A stretch of 64,000 bases of DNA from Christensenellaceae bacterium (GCA_031280685.1 JAITGM010000016.1:1665-65664); one strand, 5' to 3'. Shown: positions 26,982 through 35,885, numbered from the stretch's first letter. Notes: generated by a model not told the origin, from the sequence alone. A program made the numbers and translations.

Positions 26982-28076
26982 CTAACCCCTCCGCCTGCGG
27001 GGCGCCAGCCACAAAAGCCCGAAGCCAAAAAGGAAGCTCAGGCCCAGCGCGGCGAGCGCGAGGCCCGGCCGTGGCTGTGGCTGCGGCGATGGCAGCGCCA
27101 TGGCGGGCAGCGAAGGGTTAAGGACGAAGAGCGCGGCGCGCATCAGCAAAAAACCCAGCGCGCCATGGCTTAAACGCTGAAAAAAAAGCGGTTTCAGCGG
27201 CAGCAGCCCCTTCAAAAAGCAGGCGGACTGGCAAAAGATCGAAAAGCCCCCGAAGCTCGCGATTCCGGCGGCCAAACTCAGGCGCAGGGGCAGCGAAGCG
27301 GAGCTGAGCGCCGCATCCCGAATGCCTATGCTGACCTCCATAAAGCCGCTGAGCAGCGCGCCCGTCGCCGTTTCGGGCAGCAGGCCCGAAAGCACCGCTT
27401 CAATGGCCAGAAACAAGCCGCTTTCCCTCAGCAAAGCCCGCAGGGCCGAAAAGACGACGATGGCGCCGCCCACGAGCACCGCAGCGGAGCAACTGCTCTG
27501 CAGGGCCGCGGGTAGGGCATGGAAGGGCGAAAGTCCTTCTTTTTTCGCCCGAGGCAACTCTTTTTCAGGCGCCTGGCCGATTCCACGCCAAATTAGGGCG
27601 TTGAGCAGCCCCGCCGCGAGCTGCGCGCAGCAGATGGCGGCGCCGAATGCCGGCCCGCCCAGCAGCGCCCCGCCCGCGCCGATCAAAAAGAGTGCCCCGG
27701 TTAAGCTGCAGCAGGCGCTCAGGCGCAGCATCTCGCCCCTGCCGATCGCCCCCTCCTCGTGCAGCTCCGCAAGCAGGCGGGCGGAAGTGGGCGCCCCCGC
27801 GATAAAGCAGAGGACCATCGCCCAGCCGAGGCTTCCGCGCGCGCGGCAGAACCATTTTGGCAAAAACGAAAGCCCTGCGGAGGCCGTTAGCAGCCCGCTC
27901 TGCGAAAGCAGGCTCGTCAGCACGAAAAAGGGCAAAATAGAGGGCAAAACCGTGCCGCCAAACAGGAGCAGCCCCTCTCTGGCCCCATCCATCGAGCTGG
28001 CCGGCCTAAGCAGCAGCAAGAGCAGCAGCCCGCCCAAAAAAAGGCCGGAGAGCAGCCCGTTTTTTCGCCATTTCAA
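26982..28076 (-). CDS. ylbJ: Sporulation integral membrane protein YlbJ-like (nucleoside-recognition-domain fold)
   Basis: 364-aa polytopic membrane protein placed between coaD and a patatin gene, matching the B. subtilis ylbH-ylbI-ylbJ-ylbK order. Confidence 0.6.
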   Translation of the reverse strand: MKWRKNGLLSGLFLGGLLLLLLLRPASSMDGAREGLLLFGGTVLPSILPFFVLTSLLSQSGLLTASAGLSFLPKWFCRARGSLGWAMVLCFIAGAPTSARLLAELHEEGAIGRGEMLRLSACCSLTGALFLIGAGGALLGGPAFGAAICCAQLAAGLLNALIWRGIGQAPEKELPRAKKEGLSPFHALPAALQSSCSAAVLVGGAIVVFSALRALLRESGLFLAIEAVLSGLLPETATGALLSGFMEVSIGIRDAALSSASLPLRLSLAAGIASFGGFSIFCQSACFLKGLLPLKPLFFQRLSHGALGFLLMRAALFVLNPSLPAMALPSPQPQPRPGLALAALGLSFLFGFGLLWLAPRRRRG

Positions 28077-28114
28077 TCCCCTCGCCTCCCCCCAAAAAAC
28101 ACCTTCCTAATCCT

Positions 28115-28924
28115 ATGAAAGGGGTGCCCTGGCTTATGATGCAAGCGGAACCAAAAATCGGCCTGGCCCTGGGCGGCGGCGCCTTCCGGGGCTTGGCGCA
28201 CATCGGCGTTTTGCAGGTCTTTGATGAGGCAAAGCTCCCCGTGCGGCTGGTTTCCGGCTGCTCGATGGGCGCGCTGATCGGCGGGCTGTATTGCTCCGGC
28301 ATGGATATGCGCCTGCTCGAGCGCTACGTCTACACCCTGGATGAGCGCAGCCTGGCGGATGTGATCCTTCCCCGCCAAGGCCTGCTCGCTGGCGCCCGCA
28401 TCGAGGGCATTTTGCGCACCTTGACGGGCAATAAGAGCTTCGCACAGATGAAAATTCCCTTTTCGGCCCTGGCTGTGGACATCGAACGCGGCGAGCTGCT
28501 CAGCTTGAGCGAGGGGCCGATCTGGCAAGCCATCCGCGCCTCGATCTCGATCCCTGGCGTGTTCCGGCCTCTGCGCCTGGGCGGCAGGCTCCTCGTGGAT
28601 GGCGGCGTGCTCTGCCGCGTCCCTACCGATGCCGTTCGCGCCATGGGCGCGGACTTCATCATCTCGGTGGATGTGAGCTATCACGGCGGCTTCGTGCCCT
28701 GCGACGGACTCAGCTCCATCATCATGCAGGCCTTCGCCGTGATGGAATGGGCCCTCATCAAGGAGAAGGTCGTCACTTCCGATGTCAACATCGCTCCGGA
28801 TCTGCTGCACATCAACATGGCTTCGATCCTCCAGGCCGAGGACTGCATCGAGATTGGCAGGCAGGCGGCGCGCGCTGCCCTGCCCGCCATTGAAGAGGGT
28901 CTGGCGAAAAAACGCGCGCAATAG
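28115..28924 (+). CDS. Patatin-like phospholipase (YlbK-like)
   Basis: Oxyanion motif GLALGGGAFRG, serine lipase motif GCSMG, and the catalytic Asp region (VDGGV). The start could instead be the ATGATG at 28136. Confidence 0.85.
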   Translation: MKGVPWLMMQAEPKIGLALGGGAFRGLAHIGVLQVFDEAKLPVRLVSGCSMGALIGGLYCSGMDMRLLERYVYTLDERSLADVILPRQGLLAGARIEGILRTLTGNKSFAQMKIPFSALAVDIERGELLSLSEGPIWQAIRASISIPGVFRPLRLGGRLLVDGGVLCRVPTDAVRAMGADFIISVDVSYHGGFVPCDGLSSIIMQAFAVMEWALIKEKVVTSDVNIAPDLLHINMASILQAEDCIEIGRQAARAALPAIEEGLAKKRAQ

Positions 28925-28943
28925 CGCCCCTGCGGGGCTGCGC

Positions 28944-29034
28944 GGCGCGTCCGCGCCTTCGCGGGGAGGAAGTACGCCGACATGAAAGACTTGTCCGAGT
29001 GGGAGGCGCGTCCGCGCCTTCGCGAGGAGGAAGT
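28944..29034. repeat. Direct repeat (2 x 30 nt, 61-bp period), each copy with a small GC hairpin
   Basis: GGCGCGTCCGCGCCTTCGCG(G/A)GGAGGAAGT occurs at 28944-28973 and 29005-29034. Each copy has the internal hairpin GGCGCG-tcc-GCGCC. Confidence 0.8.
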
Positions 29035-29063
29035 CAACCCTGCGCGCTGGCTCTCACTCTCAT

Positions 29064-29520
29064 CGTCATTGCGAGGAGCAAGGCGACGTGGCAATCCAGA
29101 AAGAGGTGCCCTCGCCACGAAGAAAGCACACTGGATTGCTTCGCTTCCCTCGCAATGACAAAAAGGGCCGCGTTTAAGCCCAGAAGGACGCCTTGTAGCG
29201 ACGCGGCAACCCAGAAAGAGGTGCCCTCGCCACGAAGAAAGCACGCTGGATTGCTTCGCTTCCCTCGCAATGACAAAAAGGGCCGCATTTAAGCCCAGAA
29301 GGGCGCCTTGAAGCGACGCGCCGGCGCGGCAGGGCCTGCCCCGCGCACGCCCCGTCATTGCGAGGAGCGAAGCAACGTGGCAATCGTAATGGCGAAAAAG
29401 GCCGTAAGCCCGGAAGGGCGTGTTGCGGCGATGCGCCGGCGCGGCAGGGCCTGCCAGAAGCCAACACCGCCCTCGGCCCGTCATTGCGAGGAGCAAAGCG
29501 CCGCGGCAATCGCAATGACG
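29064..29520. repeat. Composite array of the CGTCATTGCGAGG palindromic element family (1 long unit, 1 5'-truncated long unit, 2 short units)
   Basis: A long unit spans 29064-29159 and a truncated copy 29196-29274; both share the core AATCCAGAAAGAGGTGCCCTCGCCACGAAGAAAGCAC.CTGGATTGC. Short hairpin units lie at 29353-29394 and 29479-29520 (CGTCATTGCGAGGAGC...GGCAATCGCAATGACG). The linkers repeat GCGCCGGCGCGGCAGGGCCTGCC. Confidence 0.9.
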
Positions 29521-29634
29521 AAAAAGGCCGCCTTCAAGCGCGGAAGGTGGCCTTTTCCCTTTTTCTATGCCGGGCAATGGCGAGGGCCGCCTCTGCGGGC
29601 CGCTTTTGGGTGCTCGCGGCTCAGGGTACGCCCC

Positions 29635-30381
29635 CTAAGGCAGCGCCCGCGGCGGGATCGCCTTCAGTTCTTTCAGCATGCCGATCGCGTTTGTGAGCAG
29701 TTGCTCATCGGGGCCAAAGAGCGCGGCGCTGCAGCGAATCGCATCCACGAGCAGGCCAAGGCAGGTCGAGCAGAGCCTCTCATCGAGCAGGCGGTCGAGG
29801 GGCAGGTGCAGGGAAAGCGCTTTTTCGATGGCAAGATCGCCCAGCGCGTTGTGCGCCGTGGCCGAAAGCAGGGTGTAGTCGGTTTGGTACAGCTCCTCCT
29901 TGCCGGCGATGCGAAAGCGGTTGATGACGTTGAGCTTGTGCGGGGCGTCCAGGCTGGGGAAATAGCGCCCGGCCTGCTCGAGTGCCTCGCGCGACTTGCG
30001 CGCGGACTCCTCTTCGAGCGTGCGAAGCCCCTCTTCCCCGAGCTCCTTTTCCAGGCGCGCATAGAGCGGCTTGGCCTTGTAGCGAAAGAGCGCATCCCTG
30101 TCGTGCAGCTCCACGGCGCGGACGACATAATGGTATTCCGGGAAGCTGGCAAGATTATAAAGGTCGATGCTGCACTCCAGGGCGGAGCGAAGCAGCACGG
30201 CGGGCGGTGCCGAGGTTTCGCTTTGGCGCGAAAGCGAAACCGCCCCTTCGCAAAGCGCGAGCAGCCTTTCGTAATAGAGCAAAAAGTAGCCTTTTTGCAC
30301 GCTTTTTTGCTCATTTGCGGCCTGGCTGCGCCTGCGCATCAGCCGGATTAGCCGCAGGATGGTGTTTTCGCTGTGGTGCAT
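29635..30381 (-). CDS. Hypothetical all-helical protein (reminiscent of DUF5677/AbiV-like helical families; unverified)
   Basis: 248-aa ORF (MHHSENTILRLIRLMRRR...). A long antisense ORF (29308..30351) also exists, but the minus-strand product has a more protein-like composition. I see no clear RBS. It lies between the repeat array and uppP. Confidence 0.5.
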   Translation of the reverse strand: MHHSENTILRLIRLMRRRSQAANEQKSVQKGYFLLYYERLLALCEGAVSLSRQSETSAPPAVLLRSALECSIDLYNLASFPEYHYVVRAVELHDRDALFRYKAKPLYARLEKELGEEGLRTLEEESARKSREALEQAGRYFPSLDAPHKLNVINRFRIAGKEELYQTDYTLLSATAHNALGDLAIEKALSLHLPLDRLLDERLCSTCLGLLVDAIRCSAALFGPDEQLLTNAIGMLKELKAIPPRALP

Positions 30382-30471
30382 ACTTCCACTCCCCCCAACA
30401 GTATGCTATACTAACGGCGCCGCGCCCTTTGGGGACGCAGAACCCTTTTTAAGAATGGAAGTGAAGCCGAT

Positions 30472-31248
30472 ATGGCTATTTGGCAGGCGATCCTGCTCGG
30501 GCTGGTGCAAGGGCTCACCGAGTTTTTGCCGGTCAGCTCCTCCGGGCATCTGGTGCTGCTGCAGCGCGTCTTCCGGGTGGAGGAGCCGGGCCTCCTGCTC
30601 GATACCCTCTTTCACCTGGGTTCGCTCGTCGCCGTGCTCTACGTCTTTTGGAGTGATGTGTGGGCGATGCTCAAAAAGCCCTTTTCAAAACCAGTCTATT
30701 TCCTGGTTCTCGCCACGATTCCGGCCGTTGTGGCGGCGCTGCTCTTGGGCGACTTTTTTGACTATGCTTACGGCGGCGCATTGCTGGGCTTCGGGTTTTT
30801 GATGACCTCGGCCGTGCTGTTCCTTTCGGGCAGGATGCAGGGGCATGGCAAGGCGCCATCCTATAAAAGCTCCCTCGTCATGGGGCTTTTCCAGGCGTTG
30901 GCCATCCTGCCTGGGCTCTCGCGCTCAGGCTCCACGATCTCGGGCGGGCTGTTCATGGGCCTTGACCGCGAGGAGGCCGCGCGCTTTTCCTTCCTGATGT
31001 CGATCCCCGCGATTTTGGGCTCGCTCGTCTTCCAAACCCTGGATCTGTCAAAGGCCGTGACCGCCCCGGCACTCCCCTTCTGGCCCGTGTTCCTTGGTGC
31101 GCTGGCCGCCGCGCTCTCGTCGCTGTTCGCCATTCGGCTGCTGCTGCGCATTTTGCGCAAGGCAAACCTGCGCGGCTTCGCGCTGTATACCCTGGCGCTT
31201 GGAATTCTGGTGCTCATCGACCAATTCGCCACGCACTTTTTCTTTTAA
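30472..31248 (+). CDS. uppP: Undecaprenyl-diphosphate phosphatase
   Basis: 258-aa membrane protein with UppP motifs (GLTEFLPVSSSGH, PGLSRSG.TI). Confidence 0.9.
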   Translation: MAIWQAILLGLVQGLTEFLPVSSSGHLVLLQRVFRVEEPGLLLDTLFHLGSLVAVLYVFWSDVWAMLKKPFSKPVYFLVLATIPAVVAALLLGDFFDYAYGGALLGFGFLMTSAVLFLSGRMQGHGKAPSYKSSLVMGLFQALAILPGLSRSGSTISGGLFMGLDREEAARFSFLMSIPAILGSLVFQTLDLSKAVTAPALPFWPVFLGALAAALSSLFAIRLLLRILRKANLRGFALYTLALGILVLIDQFATHFFF

Positions 31249-31269
31249 AGTGGGGCAAAAAGGGCAGTT

Positions 31270-32058
31270 TTACCCGTTCTTTTTGAAAACGTCGAGTACA
31301 TGGCTGCTGAGGCCCACCATATCCTGCCGCTCGCAGACCGCAAAATGGTAGCGAAGATAGAGGGCAAACTCTTCCTCGCTCATGGCGCTTAGGGCTTCGC
31401 GAATCATGCGCGAAAGGCCGTCGCTCATGAGATAGTGCAGCCGCGTCACGGGCAGGGCCGCCATCAGGGCATCGATCTCCTCCTTGCGCACCATCTCAAA
31501 GATCTCCTCGGGCTCGGAATGCGTCGCAAAGCTCAAGGGATCGATCTTGCCCCTGGCGATGTAGTCAGCTATGTCTAAAAGATGCTTCCCAAAGCCCAGC
31601 TCCAGCAAGGCGGCATCGCCGATGATATGGGCCGCGAAGAGAAGGCCGCCGGGCCTTGTCACCCGCAGGGCTTCATTCAGAATTTTGAGCTTATCTTCCC
31701 TGGTATAGACGTGATAGAGCGGCCCCAGGATCAGGCAAAGGTCGTAGCTTAGATCCTCAAAGCCCACGAGCTCGCGCGCGTCGCCCTGGCGAACGGTAAC
31801 CCGCTCGCCGGGCTTGGTTGCCTGGCGGAACAGCTCGATATTGTGCTCGACGTATTCGAGCGCATCCACCTCATAGCCCATTTGGGCCAGCGCGTGGCTG
31901 TATCTGCCGGTGCCGGCGCCCAGTTCCAGAATTTTGGCGCCCGGGAAGAGGTACTTTTCGATGTAGTGCATCGTCGTCAAGAATTCGACCTGGCCATAGC
32001 GCAAAAGCAGCCTGCCTTTCTCGTCATAGCTCTCGTAGTAGCTTTTAATTGGATCCAT
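31270..32058 (-). CDS. Class I SAM-dependent methyltransferase
   Basis: Start re-set to MDPIKSYYESYDEKGRL, preceded by GGGGGAGAGGGGA. Carries SAM motif I (ILELGAGTGRYS). Confidence 0.8.
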   Translation of the reverse strand: MDPIKSYYESYDEKGRLLLRYGQVEFLTTMHYIEKYLFPGAKILELGAGTGRYSHALAQMGYEVDALEYVEHNIELFRQATKPGERVTVRQGDARELVGFEDLSYDLCLILGPLYHVYTREDKLKILNEALRVTRPGGLLFAAHIIGDAALLELGFGKHLLDIADYIARGKIDPLSFATHSEPEEIFEMVRKEEIDALMAALPVTRLHYLMSDGLSRMIREALSAMSEEEFALYLRYHFAVCERQDMVGLSSHVLDVFKKNG

Positions 32059-32137
32059 TCCCCTCTCCCCCTTCATAAAACAAGGCGGCTCAGGGCTTTT
32101 TGCCCCGGCCACCCTGCTTTTCGCCTTATCCTTCTTT

Positions 32138-32998
32138 TTACTCCAGGGTCGTCTTGAGCTTGCCGATGCCCTCGATTTCGATCTCAACCACATCGCCCGC
32201 CTTGAGCCAGACCTGCTTTTCGGGCGGGTAGCCGGTGATGACGCCGTTGGGCGTGCCGGTGAAGATCAAATCGCCGGGCTTGAGCGTCATGAAGCTGGAG
32301 ATATCCGCAATCAAAGCCTCAATGCCGAAGATCAGGTCGTTGGTGTTGCTCGACTGCCTCTGCTCGCCGTTGACATAGGTGGCGATTTTGAGGTTGCCGC
32401 CGTCGATGCTGTCTGCCGTGACGACATAAGGGCCCGTGGGGCCGAAGCCATCCATCGACTTGCCCAGCGTCCACTGGCTGGTGCGCTTTTGAATATCCCT
32501 GGCCGAAAAGTCGTTGCCGCAGGTGTAGCCAAAGACGTAGTCGAGCGCCTTTTCCTTGGGCACGGCGCTGGCTTCCTTGCCGATCACGACGACGAGCTCG
32601 GCCTCATAGTCGTACATTTTTGCGATCTCGCGCAGCTTGATCGTGCCGCCGTGATGGTTTAAAGCGTTAAAATACTTGGTGAAGACCACGGGCGCATCCG
32701 GCAGGGGGGTGTTGGTTTCCCGCGCGTGCGCGGCGTAGTTCAGGCCGATGCAAAGGATCTTTTCGGGCTGAACCACGACAGGGGCGAAGGCGATTTTGGC
32801 TTCGTCAAGCAGCACGGGCTCCGCGGCCAAGAGCTTAACGAGCTTTGCCCTCTCGCCTTCGCAGGCGATCACCGCGTCCACGCAGCAAGGGGCCTCCAGG
32901 CCCAGCTTTTTCGCCGTCGCGTTTAGATCCACATGGCCTTTTTCGGTCAGCGCGCCAAGAGCAATGCCGTTGCCTTCGCGGTAGTTGAACAGCTTCAT
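32138..32998 (-). CDS. Fumarylacetoacetate hydrolase (FAH) family protein
   Basis: Start re-set to MKLFNYREGNG. The C-terminal FAH fold motifs are present (YEAELVVVIGK, GDLIFTGTPNGV). Confidence 0.85.
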   Translation of the reverse strand: MKLFNYREGNGIALGALTEKGHVDLNATAKKLGLEAPCCVDAVIACEGERAKLVKLLAAEPVLLDEAKIAFAPVVVQPEKILCIGLNYAAHARETNTPLPDAPVVFTKYFNALNHHGGTIKLREIAKMYDYEAELVVVIGKEASAVPKEKALDYVFGYTCGNDFSARDIQKRTSQWTLGKSMDGFGPTGPYVVTADSIDGGNLKIATYVNGEQRQSSNTNDLIFGIEALIADISSFMTLKPGDLIFTGTPNGVITGYPPEKQVWLKAGDVVEIEIEGIGKLKTTLE

Positions 32999-33064
32999 GA
33001 TTCGTTCCGCCCCTTTGCTCATTTTTCTATTAAAAGGGCCGCCCCGCGGCCCCAGAGACAGGAC

Positions 33065-34027
33065 TTATGCGACGCTTGCCGGCGCGAGGGACTCGGCGGG
33101 CTCCAGTTCCAGTGCGGCCGCTGTGGCCGTCGCCTCGGGCGTGGCGGCGGGCGCCTGCGGCGCGGAATCGCCGGTGCTCTTGGCCCTAAAATAGACCTTC
33201 ACGTCCTCGGGGGTGACATCCCCGACGGTCATCACGTTGACCAGCATGATGTAGCCATTGAGCTCGCGCCCGAGGTAGAGCTGCACGGCGTTCAGGTTCT
33301 TCACGCGGGTTGCGAAGGTCATGAAGCTTTGCCCGGCCAGCACGGCCTGCGTAATCTCATCGTCGATTTCATATTCCAGCGTGTCCATGTTCTTCAGGCC
33401 ATCCCTTAGCTGCGTCATATAGCCTTCTAGCTCGCCCTGGTAGCGGTGGAAGCGCACGATGACGTTCGAGCCCGTTTCCGGATCGAAGCCCTGCATGTCG
33501 AAGATCACCGAACCCATCGGCACCTCCGCCGGGAAGGCGCTGCCCTGCTCGGGCAACATTCTTGGGTCAAAACCAAAGCGCGCGCCGAGCTGGTCATCGT
33601 TGAAATGCTCCCAACTGGCCGGTGGCTCAAAGACGATGGAAGCGAAGGCGCTGACGTACTTCGTGCCCTGCCATCCTCCGCGCGAGGGAAGGCCATCCCC
33701 CGGCATGGGAATGGGGGTAGCCCCCGGTTCCTGCCCGCCTGCGGTAGGCGAACCTGGCTCGCCGGTCGCGGGCACGGGGCTGGATTCACCGCTCGCCTCC
33801 GCCGTTTCGGCGCCCGCGGATTCGCTGGCCGCGGGCCTCGGGGCGGGTAGATCCGCGCCCGGGGAAAAATACAAAAGCGTAGAAAGCCCGAGGGCCACAA
33901 GCGCCGCCCAGCTAACCGCCCGGCGGTTTTTAGGTAAATCGAGCCACTTCAGCCTGGGTGGCAGGAGCAAAAGGCTACCTACGGCGAACAGAGCCACGAG
34001 TAAAATAGCCAGCACGTACACGTTCAT
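33065..34027 (-). CDS. Hypothetical membrane-anchored protein with a disordered Pro/Ala/Glu-rich linker
   Basis: 320-aa ORF with two N-terminal hydrophobic helices, a low-complexity linker, then a globular domain of unknown family. Confidence 0.65.
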   Translation of the reverse strand: MNVYVLAILLVALFAVGSLLLLPPRLKWLDLPKNRRAVSWAALVALGLSTLLYFSPGADLPAPRPAASESAGAETAEASGESSPVPATGEPGSPTAGGQEPGATPIPMPGDGLPSRGGWQGTKYVSAFASIVFEPPASWEHFNDDQLGARFGFDPRMLPEQGSAFPAEVPMGSVIFDMQGFDPETGSNVIVRFHRYQGELEGYMTQLRDGLKNMDTLEYEIDDEITQAVLAGQSFMTFATRVKNLNAVQLYLGRELNGYIMLVNVMTVGDVTPEDVKVYFRAKSTGDSAPQAPAATPEATATAAALELEPAESLAPASVA

Positions 34028-34033
34028 GCCCTC

Positions 34034-34042
34034 ACTATAGCA
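34034..34042 (-). promoter_or_regulatory. Extended -10 box (TGcTATAGT) only 6 nt upstream of the ATG at 34027
   Basis: The minus strand reads ttaTGcTATAGTgagggcATGaacgtg. This geometry implies either a leaderless mRNA or a different true start or promoter. Confidence 0.3.
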
Positions 34043-34104
34043 TAAACGGCGCGGCGAAACAATCCTTTGCGAGCGCGGAGCACGCTTTTTTACGCAAGGC
34101 GCGG

Positions 34105-34141
34105 CAAGGCTTGCAAAAAGCCCCTTCGCAAGGCCTGCGAA
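34105..34141 (-). terminator. Rho-independent terminator after the 34169..35671 gene
   Basis: AAAAAGCCCCTTCGCA-ggcc-TGCGAAGGGGCTTTTT: a perfect long stem flanked by A and T runs. Confidence 0.8.
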
Positions 34142-34168
34142 GGGGCTTTTTAGGCGTTGCGGGCCGGC

Positions 34169-35671
34169 TTACGGCCAGTCTACGTATTGATTCAGGGACG
34201 TAGACCAGACCTTGATCACCGGGGCGTCGCCCGAGACCCTGATCTTCTTGCTCGTGTCGCCGGTCAGGCTGATCTCCGCCAGCAAGGCGTCGATCTTCGT
34301 CTGGGTCATGTCCGAATTGCCGATGTGCAGCTCGCTGCCGGCCTCCAGAACGATCATGTTCTTGAGCTTATCGTCCGCATTGGTCAGCGTCAGGGTGCCG
34401 CTCTTCATCGTCACTTGGGTGATCGTCGTCGACTTAACCGGGTCCCAGACCGCCCCAAGATCCTGCGATAAGCCACTGTTGCTCATCGTGGCGTCGCCAT
34501 CCAGCTCAATCAATAGGTTCGGGCTTACGAGATCGCCAGTGGCCACATCCTGCGTGTGAATCGTGATCGTGGTTCCCTCGCCAAGAGCCATATCCTCCTG
34601 GATCGTGCTCCCCCCGTACGCATACTGCCCCTTTCCGATCTTATATTTGTTATTCCAGAACTCAATCGTAGAGTCCTTCCCGGCCTTTATAGAGATCGTT
34701 TTGGCGATATCATGATCATCCCCCACGCTGAAGATTTTATTCCCCACGACCAGGCTGCCCTCGCCGGCGACCTGCACGGTGAGCAAATGGATCTCTACCT
34801 CGTCGGGCAAAGCCAAGGTCATTCCAGCCGGAATCTCCAGCTTACCTCCCATCCAAATCGCCTCGATCGTCGCTTCCTCCCTGCGCATAATGCGAATGGT
34901 GCCGGTTTCGGCTCCGTCCGCTAGCAGCGCTTCCCAAGCGGCCTTCACTAGGTCAAAATTAGGGGAGGATGTACTGATTCCTATATCTTCCATGTACACG
35001 ATCCGCTCAGCCGGCGCAGGCGTGGCCGTCGGCTCTGGCGTAGGCGTGGCCGTCGGCTCTGGCGTAGGCGTAGCCGTCGGCTCTGGCGTAGGGCTGGAAG
35101 TCGGCTCCGGCGTCGGCTGCGTGGTTGGCTCCGGCGTCGACTGCGGTCGGCCACCGATTACCCAGCTTTCAACCGTGCTGATGGGCCTGAAAATTGGTGG
35201 AGCGGTCATCGCATCCACATCATACCAAATTCGTTTCTCTTCAGAGGACCAGGCATAGCCGTAATCATCGGCCGTGGGCAGTGGGTTTTGGTAAAAATCA
35301 TCCTGGCCGCTATTCGGGCCTTCTAGATACTTATTATAAAGGTAGCCAGGCTGCCAAAAGCCCCCTACCTGGGCGTAGGCATAAACCCAGCGCCCTCCTT
35401 CGGACGAAACGAGCACAACCTCACTGCCGCGCGGCAGCTTGGTGATGATTGGGTGCGACGTCCCTGGCCCGGAACGAAAATGAAGGGCCAATGCCGTCGT
35501 TCTGGCCAAATAGCCCGAAATCCCGCCCGGCCAATCCACCCAAACGGCACTGCCCTCCGTAAAGCCCGGATACCAAGGATTGGAGCCCCCGGCCTCGGCT
35601 CCGCCGGAAGCCAGCAGCACAAGGCAAACCACCAACATGGCGAGCGCGATGAGCCCATTTTTTTTCATCAT
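34169..35671 (-). CDS. Secreted protein: signal peptide + SH3b domain + Pro/Thr/Glu repeat linker + beta-rich C-terminal domain
   Basis: Start set at MMKKNGLIALAMLVV. It has an SH3b-like segment (LHFRSGPGTSHPIITKLPRGSEVVLV...), a linker (PTPEPTATPTPEPTATPTPEPTATP), and a C-terminal half with repetitive beta-strand-like pattern. Confidence 0.75.
   Translation of the reverse strand: MMKKNGLIALAMLVVCLVLLASGGAEAGGSNPWYPGFTEGSAVWVDWPGGISGYLARTTALALHFRSGPGTSHPIITKLPRGSEVVLVSSEGGRWVYAYAQVGGFWQPGYLYNKYLEGPNSGQDDFYQNPLPTADDYGYAWSSEEKRIWYDVDAMTAPPIFRPISTVESWVIGGRPQSTPEPTTQPTPEPTSSPTPEPTATPTPEPTATPTPEPTATPAPAERIVYMEDIGISTSSPNFDLVKAAWEALLADGAETGTIRIMRREEATIEAIWMGGKLEIPAGMTLALPDEVEIHLLTVQVAGEGSLVVGNKIFSVGDDHDIAKTISIKAGKDSTIEFWNNKYKIGKGQYAYGGSTIQEDMALGEGTTITIHTQDVATGDLVSPNLLIELDGDATMSNSGLSQDLGAVWDPVKSTTITQVTMKSGTLTLTNADDKLKNMIVLEAGSELHIGNSDMTQTKIDALLAEISLTGDTSKKIRVSGDAPVIKVWSTSLNQYVDWP
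35018..35137. repeat. Intragenic 24-bp tandem repeat (3 near-perfect and 2 degenerate copies)
   Basis: AGGCGTGGCCGTCGGCTCTGGCGT occurs three times (35018-35089), followed by two diverged copies. It encodes the PTPEPTAT linker of the SH3b protein. Confidence 0.85.
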
Positions 35672-35735
35672 GATTTTAGTCGCTTCCTTCCCCCGCGGCA
35701 GACTGCGGCGCAGAACCAAGCATCGTTTGCTGTAA

Positions 35736-35764
35736 ATTTTACACCCTCATTTACAACTTAGCAA
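35736..35764 (-). promoter_or_regulatory. Sigma-A type promoter for the SH3b secreted-protein gene
   Basis: The minus strand has TTGCTA, a 17-nt spacer, then TAAAAT. Confidence 0.4.
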
Positions 35765-35855
35765 CAACTTTTATCATAAAGCGCATACCAAAAACAGGAA
35801 TCGGCAAAATCGCTCTCGGTTTTCGGGTTGGATTCGTTAAATTTCCCAGCAGCGC

Positions 35856-35885
35856 TTGCCGATCCCCCCACCCCTCGCTTATAGT
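35856..35885 (+). promoter_or_regulatory. Sigma-A type promoter for the DUF4352-like lipoprotein gene
   Basis: TTGCCG, an 18-nt spacer, then TATAGT. A ~75-nt leader follows, containing hairpin TTGGGC/GCCCAA. Confidence 0.4.

Noticed and set aside
29308-30351. Long ORFs antisense to real genes (e.g. 29308..30351 +, 28073..28921 -, 46965..48266 +, 48200..49252 +, 38582..39340 -, 386..1030 +)
   Set aside because: These are typical shadow ORFs of a GC-rich genome. They are Arg/Ala/Gly/Pro-rich, lack RBSs, and lie opposite genes with clear homology.
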